DNA of 64,000 bases from Squalus acanthias (lineage: Eukaryota): the NCBI GenBank assembly GCA_030390025.1, contig CM059438.1:56298001-56362000 (forward strand), given 5' to 3'. The notes below the pieces were generated by a model that did no database searches, had not been told where the DNA came from, and saw only the letters and a list, made by a program, of their open reading frames with translations. The translations under genes were made by a program, and so were the position numbers. Below, piece by piece: positions 40,901 to 52,800 of the stretch (its first letter is position 1; every line of letters starts with the position of its first letter).

Positions 40901-43789
40901 ATGACGTCTGTCACGTGTGCAACGCCCCGGTAGCGCCCCAGACCAGATAGTGAGTCGCGCCCCCTGCCTTAGCGCCTGCCGCTAGGAATGACAGGTAGAG
41001 GGGAACATTTTCAAGTCGGGAAGTGGTTGGGGGAGCGCTATTTAAAGGCGGGTGCTTCCTGCCTTTTCTTGTCGGCAAAATTTGTGGTTTTAACGCTGTG
41101 CTAAGGGGTTTTGGCCCTCAGCACCACTTTTGAGGTTCCTAAGCGCCGAGCTCTTTCCCTGGGCCTATCCATTAGTGCTTCCAACACAATTGCTTTTGTG
41201 GTCTCTCCAGGCCTAGATTCAAGGCTGCAATGAGCAGGGAGTGGCTGGCCAGCAAGATGGTCCCTCCCCTTTAAGAACTGGACGGCGCCAGTCTGTCTGG
41301 CTTCCATGGCAATTGGCATTGCCTGAGCTTCGGTAGCGTTCTGAGGTAGCGCCTCGCTCCCCGACTTTTGCGCCTTGAGAGAGGTGTGTAGCGCCTGATT
41401 TAGCGCTCAAATTACCTCCAGGGGCGGTAGAGGTGAATTTTGCAGTCGGTGGCGATAATTAGCGCCAGGCGCTAAACCTTGTGTCCGGCTGATATTAGCG
41501 CCCCAAAATGGGCGATCCTCAATTTTTCCCCCCTTTACTCTTATACTCTAATCCCTTTGTAACAAAAGCTAACATACAATTTGCTTTCCTAATTGCTTGC
41601 TGTACCTGCATGTTAACTTTCTGTACAAGGACACCCGGGTCCCTCTGAGTGCAAACATTTCCCAGTCTCTCACCATTCAAAAAATATTCTGCATTTTTGT
41701 TTTTCCTACCAAAGTAGATAACTTCACACTTCCCCACATTGTATTCCATTTGCCATGTTCTTGCCCACTCAGTCAACCTGTCTATATCTCTCTGCAGCCT
41801 CTTGCGTCCTCCTCACAGCTTCCTTTCCCACCTAACTTTGTACCATCAGCAAACTTGGATATGTTACACTCTGTCCCTTCATCTAAGTCATTGATATAGA
41901 TTGTGAATAGCTGAGGCCCAAGCATTGATCCTTGCGGTACCCCACTAGTTACAGCCTGCCAACCTGAAAAAGTCCCGTTTATTCCTGGGGCTGGATTTTA
42001 CCAGCCCTGAGCAGGCGGGTTTGGAGGTGGGACTGCTGGGAAAGTCAAAAAGAATGGGAGCGGGTCCCGAACCCTCCATACAATCTTCCCGGGAGTCGGG
42101 TCCCCGATTTGCGCAGGGACCCGACTCCTAGCGGCGGGAAGAGGATTATAGCCACTTAACTGCCTGTAAACAGGTAGTTAACAGGCAGTTTAAGAGGCTT
42201 TTCCCAATTTTTCCACTGCTGCTGCAGGCTTCCCGATATTGGGGAATCCCGCCAGGGTAAGTGAGGCATGCTGTGGGTCTGTTGTTATGTTGGTGTTTGA
42301 ATGACAGCTGCAGAAGTGGTGTGAAGGATGCAAAGTGACAATGGTTAGTATCAAAGGTAAGGAAATGTTATGAAAATAATTTTTATTGTGATTAGATGTT
42401 TCTGCAGGTGACAAGCTGTGAAGTGTTTGTGTAGCCTCATCTCATCGGGAGAAGTGACAGATGGCTTCTGCAATCTCAGCTGCAGCTGCCATATGTTTTA
42501 TCCTAAGGAGAGAGTAATTGGAGAGCCTGAGTGCAAGGGCTCACCTTTGGACAGTGATTGTCAGTGTTTGACAGCACCTTAATACTGTCAAACACTGTCA
42601 AATCATCTGTCAAACAAGTGTGGTGCATATGCCTTTAAGAAAACCGGCAGATGAAGCGTCATCAACTGACGTCATCTGACACCAAGGGCTTTCCCTTAAT
42701 TGGTCGGCAAGCCCGAAGGGCGGGCTTAACAAGGCCAATCAGGGCAAAATAGCGTCTGTTCGTCAGACGTCGCTGGGGGTGGGACTAGAACCTGGAAGGC
42801 AGCAGTCCCGCCCCCAACTCATCTCGGTAAGTAAAATCCAGCCCCTACTCTCTGTTTTCTGTCCTTTAACCAATCCTCAATCCATGCTAGTATATTACCC
42901 CCAATACCACGAGTCCTAATTTTGTTTAATAACCTCTCGTGTGGCACCTTTACGAATGCTTTTTGAAAATCTAAATACATCACATCCACTAGTTCCTCCT
43001 TATCTATCCTACCAGTTACATCTTCAAAAAATTCTAACCGATTTGTCAAACACAATTTCCCTTTCATAAAACCATGTTGACTCTGCCTAATCATATTATG
43101 CTTTTCTAAGTGCCCTGTTACCACGTCCCTAATAATAGATTCTAGCATTTTGCCTAATACTGATGTCAGGCTAACTGGCCTATAGTTCCCCATTTTTTCT
43201 CTTCCTCCTTTCTTAAATAGCAGGGTTATGTTTGCTGGAATCTAGGGAATTCTGGAAGTTTAATGCCAGTGTATCCACTATCTCTGCAGCTACCTCTTTT
43301 AAAACCCTCGGATGTAGGTCCTCAGGTCCTGGGGATTTGTCGCCACTTAGTCCCATTAATTTCTCCAGTACTGTCTTTACTTATACTGATTTCTTTAAGT
43401 TCCTCATTCTCTCTAGACCCTTGGTTCCCCATTATTTCATGAATGTTTTTTGTGTCTTCTACCATGAAGACAGATACAAAGGGCTGGATTTTCATTGACC
43501 CGTGGAGGTGGGTTTGGAGGCGTGTGGGGGGTTAAAATTGCTAAAACTGGCAGGCGGGCACAAGCCCGTCTCCATCCCGCCTCCACGCAATTTTCATTAA
43601 ATCGTGTCTGCTGGTCCCGACTCCGTCCCGCCTCTAAGAGGCGGGATAGGCTGTTAAGGCCCTTAACAAGCACTAAATTGCCTCTATAATGCCATTTTGA
43701 AAGGCCTTTGTGATTTTAACCCTTTTTTTGCGTGAAGCACGCCTGTTCTGAACCACGAATGTGAAACCTGGCGGGAGCACATTTGGATA

Positions 43790-43822
<33 letters not shown>

Positions 43823-46800
43823 ATGGATGGATGGATGGATGGATGGATGGATGGATGGATGACATATCTGGGAGTGGTGGTGCAAAAATATCTGGGAGCA
43901 GACTTAGGGCTGCTGCTGCTCATTTTGCATCCAGGTCCTCTCACAGCAAAGGCCAGGCAGTCTTTGCAGACCTTCAATGCAGCAGCAATGATGACATCAT
44001 CAGAGGCGACTTTCAGACTGAAAACACTAATTGGGTCATGGGTTCCCACATGCTGGAACTCAATTGCCCAATTAGATGAAAATCGCATCAATCTCCCACA
44101 TCCAATTGCAGTCGGGTGGATAACACGAAAAGTGGATGACACGACCCCAACCCGCCCCAGTATCAAAATCCAGCCCAAAGTATTTGTTTAATGTCTCTGC
44201 AATTTCCTTATTGCCCATTATAATTTCTCCTGTCTCTGCCTCTAATGGGCCCATGTTTACTTTCACCAATCTCTTCCTATTTACATACCTATAGAAACGT
44301 TTACAATCTGTTTCTATGTCTCTTGCTAATCTGTTTCTATGAGGGGAATTTTGCCAGCCCTGGGGAGGCGGGTTTGGAGGCGGGACTGCCGGGAAAATGG
44401 CAGAAACTGGGAGCAGGTACCGAACCCGCTCCCAACCCGCCTCCGTGCCATCTTCCCAGGAGGCGGGTCCCTGACTCGCACTGGGACCCGTCTCCTCGAG
44501 GCGGGAAGGGGATTACAGCCACTTAACTGCCTTTTAACAGGTAGTTAACAGGTAGTTAACAGGCAGTTAAGAGGCTTATCCCCATTTTACCAACAGAAGT
44601 GTGGGCTTCCCGACGTTGGGAAACCCCGCCAGGGTCAGCGAGGTGAGCAGTGGGTCTGCGGGAGTGAGAGGGTTCGAAAAGTGTGCTGTGGCGGTGTGTG
44701 ATGGGTGCAAGTGTGGAGAGGTAAGTATGGGAGGTGAGTGAAAAGTGTTAGAAAAAGTTTCCTTACCTTTGTTTCTTCCTGCAAGCTTCAACCGTTGGGG
44801 ATCCGGAGGCTCCTCATCTCCACGGCAGAGATGACAGAATGGCCGCTGCATTCTCCGATGCAACAGCCGTCTGATTTCTGCTCAGGAAAGAGGTTTGGTG
44901 AGTCTTGAGTACAAGGACTCACCAAAGATCAGAGATTGTCAGTGTTGGACAGCTTCTCAAAGCTGTCAAATGATGACAACTCATCTGTCAAAAATTTTTG
45001 ACAGCTAAAACGTCATACTCTGACGTTCTCTGTCACCGGCTTTCCCTTAATTGGCCTGCTAAGCCCGCAGGGCAGGCTTAACAAGGTCAATCAAGGGAAA
45101 ATAGCGTGGGTTGGCCAGACGTCATTGGGGGCGGGACTGAAACCTGACAAGCAGCAGTCCCGCCCCCAACGTGGCCCCATTGATAAAATTCCCCCCTGTG
45201 TCTCTTGCTAATCTGTTTCGATGACTCTTGCTTTGAAAACTCATTCTTTAACCGAATGTCCTGCTGACACAGCTCAGGAATAAGAATGACCCGATCTCTT
45301 TCACTGTGGATGTTACAGAATGATTCCCAGTCCATTACAGGAGCATGTGCACAGCCTATAAATTAGTAGGACAAAACGTGTCTCATCTCGAGCTGGCTTG
45401 AAAGGATATTGGAGAAGGAAGGGGAGGATCCAGTCATTCTGGTCCATGTTGGAATCAACAACATAGGACAGAGTAGGAAAGAGGTCCTGTTCAGAGAGTA
45501 CCAGGAGCTAGGAGCTAAATTTAAAAATTGGACCTCAATAGTTATAATCTCTGGATTATTACCCGAGCCACGTGTAAATTGGTGTAGGGATAAGCAGATT
45601 AGGGAGGTAAGCACGTGGCTGAAGGAGTGGTGTGGGAAAGAGGGGTTCCATTTCATGGGTAACTGGCACCAGTACTGGGACAGGAAGGAACTGTTCTGTT
45701 GGGACGGGCTCTACCTGAACCGGGCTGGGACCCGTGTCCTAGCGGAAAGGATAAATTGGGCTATCATGAGTACATTAAACTAGTAAATGGGAGGAGGGCC
45801 CAGGTGGAAACGTTAGTATAAATAGTAGTTCAAAAACAAACGAAAGGGAAGAGAGTAGAGGAACAGTCAGAAATTGTGCTTTAGGCACTACAGGTAAAGG
45901 GAAAACTAAAAAATGAAAAGTGATTAAACCATCCATAGACATTCCCCTGTCCACTACTTTAGTCACCTCTTCAAAAAATTCAATCTGCTTTGTCAGGCAT
46001 GACCTACCTTTCACAAATCCGTGCTGGCTCTCTGATCAAATTTTCGAGGTGTTCAGTCACCCTATCCTTAATTATAGACTCTAGCAATTTCCCAACAACA
46101 GATGCTAGGCTAACAGCTCTATAATTCCCTGGTTTCCCTCTCTCACAATTTTTAAATATGGAGTGACATGTGCAATTTTCTAATCTAAAGGGACAGTTCC
46201 TGAATCGAGAGAACTTTGGAAGATTATAGTTAGGGCATCTGCAATATGCACACCTACTTCCTTTAAACTCCTGGGGTGGAAACCATCTGGTCCTGGGGAT
46301 TTGCCACTCTTTAGTGCCATTATTTTCTTCATTACTGTTATTTTACTTACATTAATTTTATTGAGTCCCTGTCCCGGATTTAGTTTCCTTGGGATTTCCG
46401 GCATGCTATCCTCTTCCTCTACTGTTAATACTGATGCAAAGTAATTATTCAACATGTCCGCCATTTCCTTATTATCATTGATATCACTGCTTTCAGTTTT
46501 TAAGGGGCCAACATTGCTCCTAACTATCCTCTTTTTCCTAATATAATTGTAAAAACAATGTGTTGATTTTGATATCCCTTGCAAGTTTCTTTTCATACTC
46601 CCCTTTCGTAGCTCTATCTGTTCTGTGACCCTTTGCTGTTCTTTGTATCTCTCCCATTCGCCAGGATCTGTGCTAGTTTTTGCATTTTTGTATGCCCTTT
46701 CCTTTAGTTTAATGCTGTCCCTTATCTCTTTAGTTGTCCATGGCTGTTTTTTTTGGCAAGTAGAGGTCTTGCCCCTCAAAGGTATAAACTGGTTCTGTAT

Positions 46801-49800
46801 CACCTTGAATTCTTTTTTGAACATCTCCCACTGGCCTTCTGTCATTTTACCCATTGACAGATTTGCCCAGTTTATTGTGGACAGTCTCTGTCTCATCCCG
46901 CTGAAGTCGGCTTTACCTAAATCTAGAATCTTAGCAGCTGTTTCTCGTTTCTTCCTTTCAAACGCTACATTGAACTCGATCATGTTATGATCGCTATTTG
47001 ATAAATGTTCACACACAGTTAGGCTGTTAACTAAATCTGGCTCATTACTCATTACTAAATCTAATCTGGCATGCCCCCTTGTTGCCTCTAGGACATATTC
47101 TAGTAGAAAGCAATCCCGGACACACTCAAGAAATTCACTACTTTTCTGACAGGTGCTACTCTGCTTATCCCAATCTATATGAAAGTTAAAATCTCCCATT
47201 AAAACCACTCTGCCTTTACTACACGCTTGTCTAATCTCTGCATTTATACAATCTAGCACTTCACAGCTGCTACCAGGGGGCCTATACTCAACTCCCGCTA
47301 CAGTCTTAAATCCTTTCCTATTTCTTAATTCGACCCATAAAGTCTCCACTGCCTGCTTACCTCTCGTTATATCTTCTCTTATCATTGAAGTGATTTTATC
47401 CTTAATCACTAAGGCTACTCCTCCCTCTGTTCCATTTTCCCTATCTTTCCTGTAGACCTTCTAACCTGGTATATTTAGTTCCCAGTCCTGACCGTCTTGC
47501 AACCATGTCTCAGTAATGGCTACCATGCCATACCCTCCAATTTGAATTTGTGCCTGCAGTTCATTCAATTTATTCCTTTTACTCCGTGCGTTTGTATAAA
47601 GAACGCTTATTTGGGCCACACACCCGAGCCTGTCCTTTAGCTCTAATGTTTTTCTCACATGTTTCTTATTTCTCTCTCCTGGTTTAATCACTTTACATCT
47701 TTTAGTTTTCCCTTTACATGTAGTGCCTAAAGCACGATTTCTGACTGTTACTCTACTCTCTTCCCTTTCTGGTTTTTTTAGAACTACTATTTGTACTAAA
47801 ATTCCACCTGAGCCCGCCCTCCATTTACTTGTGACTGCCCTATTTATCCTTTTCACTAGGATCATGGTCCCAGACCAGTTCAGGTAGAGCCCATCCCAAT
47901 GGTACAGTTCCTTCCTGTCCCAATACCAATGCCAGTGCCCCATGAAATGGAACCCCTCTTTCCCAAACCATTCCTTTAGCCACGTGTTCGCTTCCCTAAT
48001 CAGCTTATCCCTACGCCAATTTGCACGTGGCTCAGGTAATAATCCAGAGATTATAACCCTTGAGGTCCTGTTCTTTAATTTAGCTCCTAGTTCCTGGTAC
48101 TCCCCAAACAGGAACTCTTGCCAACTCTTCCCTATGTTGTTGGTCCCAACATGGACCACAACAACTGGATCCTCCCCCTCCCGCCCCAATATCCTTTCAA
48201 GCTGGTTCGAGATGTCCCTCACCCTGGCACCAGGTAGGCACCATACCATGTGGGACTCTCGATCCTGCTTACAAAGGATGCTATCTGTCCCCCTAATTAT
48301 AGAATCCCCTACAGCTACCACATTACGCTTCCTCCCCTCGTCCTCCTCCCCCCCTTCGGACAGCCTCCTGCTCCAAAGTGCCATGGTCCACATTCTGGCT
48401 GTCCTTCCGGCAGTCTTTATCCTTATCCTCACAGGTAGCAAGTACCTTGTACCTTTTGGATAGGATCAGTTTCTGTGGATCCTCGGTCTCTTTCTTATCT
48501 GGGTTCCCCTTACTCTGCACAATATCGGTCACACCAACCCCATTCTGAACCTGCACCTCTCTACGAGGTGTGACCGAGGTCTGGAGCAAACTGTCCAGAT
48601 ACTCTTCCCCCTTCCTTATGTGTCGAGTGTCTCCAACTCGCACTCCAGCTCAATGACTGTGAGCCGGAGAGATTAATAGATTAAGTGAATGGGCAAAACT
48701 GTGCCAAATGGATTTCAATGTAGGCAAGTGTGAGGTCATCCACTTTGGACCTATTTAAATGATGAAAAGCTAGAAATAGTGGAGGTCCAAAGAAACTTAG
48801 GGTCCATGTATGTGGATCATTAAGATGTCATGGGCAGGTACAGAAAATAATCAAAAAGGCTAATGGAATGCTGGCCTTTATATCTAGAGGGCTAGAATAC
48901 AAGGGGGTAGTAGTTATGCTGCAGCTATACAAAACCCTGGTTAGACCACACCTGGAGTACTGTGAGCAGTTCTGGGCTCCACACCTTAGGAAGGATATAT
49001 TGGCCTTGGAGGGAGTGCAGCGTAGATTTATCAGAATGATACCCGGACTCCAAGGGTTAAATTACGAGGAGAGATTACACAAACTAGGGTTGTATTCCCT
49101 GGAATTTTGAAGGTTAAGGGGTGATCTGATCGAAGTTTTCAGGATATTAAGGGGAACAGATAGGGTAGATAGAGAGAAACTATTTCTGCTGGTTGGGGAG
49201 TCTTGGACTCAGGGGCAGAGTCTAAAAATTAGAGCCAGACCTTTCAGGAGTGAAATTCGGAAACACTTCCACACACAAAGGGTGGTAGAAGTTTGGAACT
49301 CTCTTCCACAAATGGCAGTTGTTGCTAAGTCAATTGTTAATTTTAAATCTGAGATTGATATATTTTTTTTAACCAAAGGTATTAAGGGATATGGGGCAAA
49401 GGCGGGTATATGGAGTTAGGTCACAGATCTCATTGAATGGCGGAACAGGCTCGAGGGGCTGAATGGCCCACTCCTCTTCCTATGTTCCTGTGTTTCCTAT
49501 ATTGAATCCCAGGGGTAGAAATTGGTTTAAGTGCATTCTCATGCACAGAATGAGCGCTGTGGTCGGACCACCGCCCGATCACGTGGACGGAACTAAGGCC
49601 CCAAATTCGTCCCCCTCATTAATTAAAATAAAATAATCGAGCTGCCAGTGCTACTTATGCTGTTGATTGGAAGCTCGCCTAGTGGGGAACGTCAATATCG
49701 CACATTGCTGACACTATTTAAAGACAGCCTGCTCCTCTTAAAGGGGAGGTCCACTTTGGCTGCAGACATCTAAAGCTGAAGAATGGCAGGAACAGGAGAA

Positions 49801-52800
49801 GCTGCAAGAGACCCCCGGGATGAGTGGACAGAGGTGGCACTGCCAGAAGTATCGCCCCCCCCAGGACATGGCCTCAATTCGGAGAAATTCAGTGACCTCA
49901 CAAGCACGGATCAGGTAAGCCTCCTGACGTAAAACACTAACTTCCCACCTTTTCCTGAGGGATTCTTTCACACTTCAGGTTCAGGGCAGTGATGGCCAAG
50001 GGAAGGGTTGGGGATTGGTTGGCTGGGCCGGGGTGTCAGGGACTACCCCAGCTTGTCTGAAGGTGCAGTTGAGTTGGTTTGATATCCCTTGTGATGGTTG
50101 GAGTGGGATGTGGTTATATGCTCGGCTTCCAATTTGGGTAAGTCTGTCCTTCTGTATAAGTGTTCTCGGAGTGCGCTGTGATGCTTTGTTGATATGTGAG
50201 GTCTTGATGATGGGCCACCGAGAGTGGTTGGGGACTGATCAGTCTCTTAGACAACAGCCTGTCCAAGTATATCAAGCCCGCCAATAGACCAGTGTTTGCT
50301 CCCTAAGTACTGTGTTTGTAAAATGTACATAAGCTCCATCAATATGTAACTAATGGAAAATTCATGAAAAATAATTTTAAGAAATGGAATTCTTCAGGAG
50401 GTTCCCATTGAACTGTTCTCTGACTTGTGCCCCGATTTATTTCTCTGATCACCCAGCATGAATCTGATTTGGAAATACTGCAAGGAATGGATTGTGGGGT
50501 AGTGGGATGGAGCGGTGATCTCCTGCTGTAGTCTCTCACCTTCCAGCCCCTCTCCGTGTTATGTGCGGTGGAACATTCAAACACTGAGCTTGCTTGACAT
50601 TGCCCCAAGCTCACTTCATGTAGGGATGCCTTACAGCTGACATGGAGACCTTCAGCTCAACAATTAGGACTGGATACAAACCCAAGTCTCAGAGGTGAAA
50701 GGAAAGATGTCCAATGCCCAGTGTCACCCAGCCACCCCACCTCTCCTGTTGTCCATGTGTAGGGTGTATCAGAGGTTTCAAATGTGTATTTAGCCTTGTG
50801 TAAGGTGTACCTTTTGTAAGCTTTGACTCTGGGTGTAGGTACCTCAGGGCCTGAGTTCATTAGAAGCCAGCACACTTACCCTGATGATGACCTGTGTGAA
50901 GGGCTCTGTGATGACTTTCAGGATGTTTGGAGAGGTCTCTCCCGACTGAATGTTGAAGCCCTCAATACAGACCTTGCTGAGGTGGTAGAGAAACCCAGTG
51001 CCAATCTCAATCGGAAGCAAAATGATCACCGTCATCCAGTTAAATATCCCATGCACTGCCGATCCTGCAAAGGCCCTGGGGACAGGGGAGCAGCACGTTA
51101 CAACAGGAGCAGCACTTTACCCTGCCAGGACACCGTTCCCAGGTGTCACTCGAAAGAAAAGGAGCCGGGAAATGGGATTGGAGTAGACAGCACTGGTCAA
51201 AGAGCTAGCATCAGGACAGGCTCAATGGGCAGAACGGCCTCCTTCTGTTATGTCTAGCTTGTAAAGACATAACAAGCTTATGTGATATGGTAGTGTAGTG
51301 GTCTAGTAATCCACAGATTGTGAGTTCAAATCCCACCGTGGCACTTTGAGAATTTGAATGCAGTTTAATAAATCTGGAAATAAAAAGCTGGTATCCGTAA
51401 AAGTGACCATGAAGCTGTCGGATTGTTGTAAAAGCACAACAGGTTCACTAGTGTCCTTTAGGGAAGCAATCCTGTATCCTTACCTGGTCTGGCCTATGTG
51501 TGACTCCAGTCCCACATCAATGTGGTTGATTCTGAACTGACTCTGAAGTGGCCCGAGCGAGTCACTTAAGGCAACTAGGGCTGGGCAATAAATACCAGCC
51601 TTGCCAGCGACGCCCATATCCTGAGAATGATTTTTACTTCAATGTGGTGACAGCATCAGGTGGTCCACATACACTGTACCCTCCCAGGACGGACTGTTTA
51701 ATGAGACAGCACAGCTCTGACGTTGAGTTTGCTGCCTAACACGATGTATAGCCAGGCCATACAGCCCGAGGAGCTGCCACCGAGGTTCCATCCCCAGTTT
51801 GTGCTGAGGTAGCGGCTCTCAGCCAAGGCCAGCAGGAAGACCATCATCATCACAGGGTCAGAGAGGGGATAATCATCCAGAATCACCATCCACTGACTGC
51901 AGCTAGGGGTCCACGCATGTGTAGGCCTCAGTTGAGGGCAAGATCAAGCCTGGCGATGATATCTCCCATTGAACAACCCGCTGGTGCACACTGTGGGTAA
52001 CTTTCAACTTCCCTCCCCGGGTGGTAATCTGGAGGAGCAGATCGCCCGCCCATGTAGAACCCGCCCGATTCAAATCTCAATGGAACGGAAACCGGGTGAG
52101 TTGTATAAAGGGCGGGTGATTTGCTTCATCAAGTTAGTGCCCAAGAGGAGAAGCCTAGCTCTAGGAGAGGAGGAGGGAAGGAGAGGAGAGGAAGCTGAGG
52201 GAGACGATGGGGGGACTGTTAACCCCCCCAGGACAGGTGGGAGAGGGGTTAAAATTTCAAAAATCAGAAACCTGACCCCAACCCGCCTCCAACGCACTCA
52301 CCCCGGTTTTTAACGGAGGCAGGTTGAGGGGCGGGCAACTAATCTGCTCTCAAGAGGCGGGTCAATCATTTAAGTATGTTAATGAGGCTGCATGCCTCAG
52401 GTTTCAGTAGCCATTTGGATTCTAGCAGGTGGGCCGGGTTTCCCGGCAACTGGAGGGAGGCGAGAAGGGCTGGGTTTCCCAGGGCCCGGGTTTCCCGGCA
52501 ACTGGAGGGAGGCGAGAAGGGATGGGTTTCCCAGGGCCCGGGTTACCAGGCAGCTGGAGGGAGGCGAGAAGGGATGGGTTTCCCAGGGCCCGGGTTTCCC
52601 GGCAACTGGAGGGAGGCGAGAAGGGCTGGGTTTCCCAGGGCCCGGGTTTCCCGGCAACTGGAGGGAGGCGAGAAGGGATGGGTTTCCCAGGGCCCGGGTT
52701 ACCAGGCAGCTGGAGGGAGGCGAGAAGGGCTGGGTTTCCCAGGGCCCGGGTTACCCGGCAGCTGGAGGGAGGCGAGAAGGGCTGGGTTTCCCAGGGCCCG

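Larger units (their letters stand above)
37415..44310 (-). mobile_element. 5'-truncated CR1 LINE (RT plus 3' UTR), split by four nested insertions and abutted by a fifth
   Basis: Host pieces 37415-37791, 40505-40728, 41533-41987, 42845-43480 and 44177-44310 join collinearly into CR1 RT ([35 protein letters not shown]) ending in a CTTATGTT-type tail. Same family as 53308-54751. Confidence 0.9.

Noticed and set aside
43673..44191. ORFs with HPSI/PASQ/GWMD repeats
   Set aside because: Translations of the (GGCT)n(GGAT)n microsatellite inside a MITE.
47461..48441. Host GDSL/SGNH esterase gene
   Set aside because: It runs straight into the LINE endonuclease region and is the esterase-type ORF1 of a CR1 element.
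51288..51340. tRNA gene
   Set aside because: Only A/B-box remnants with no cloverleaf, continuing into a SINE body. The same applies at 27171-27200.
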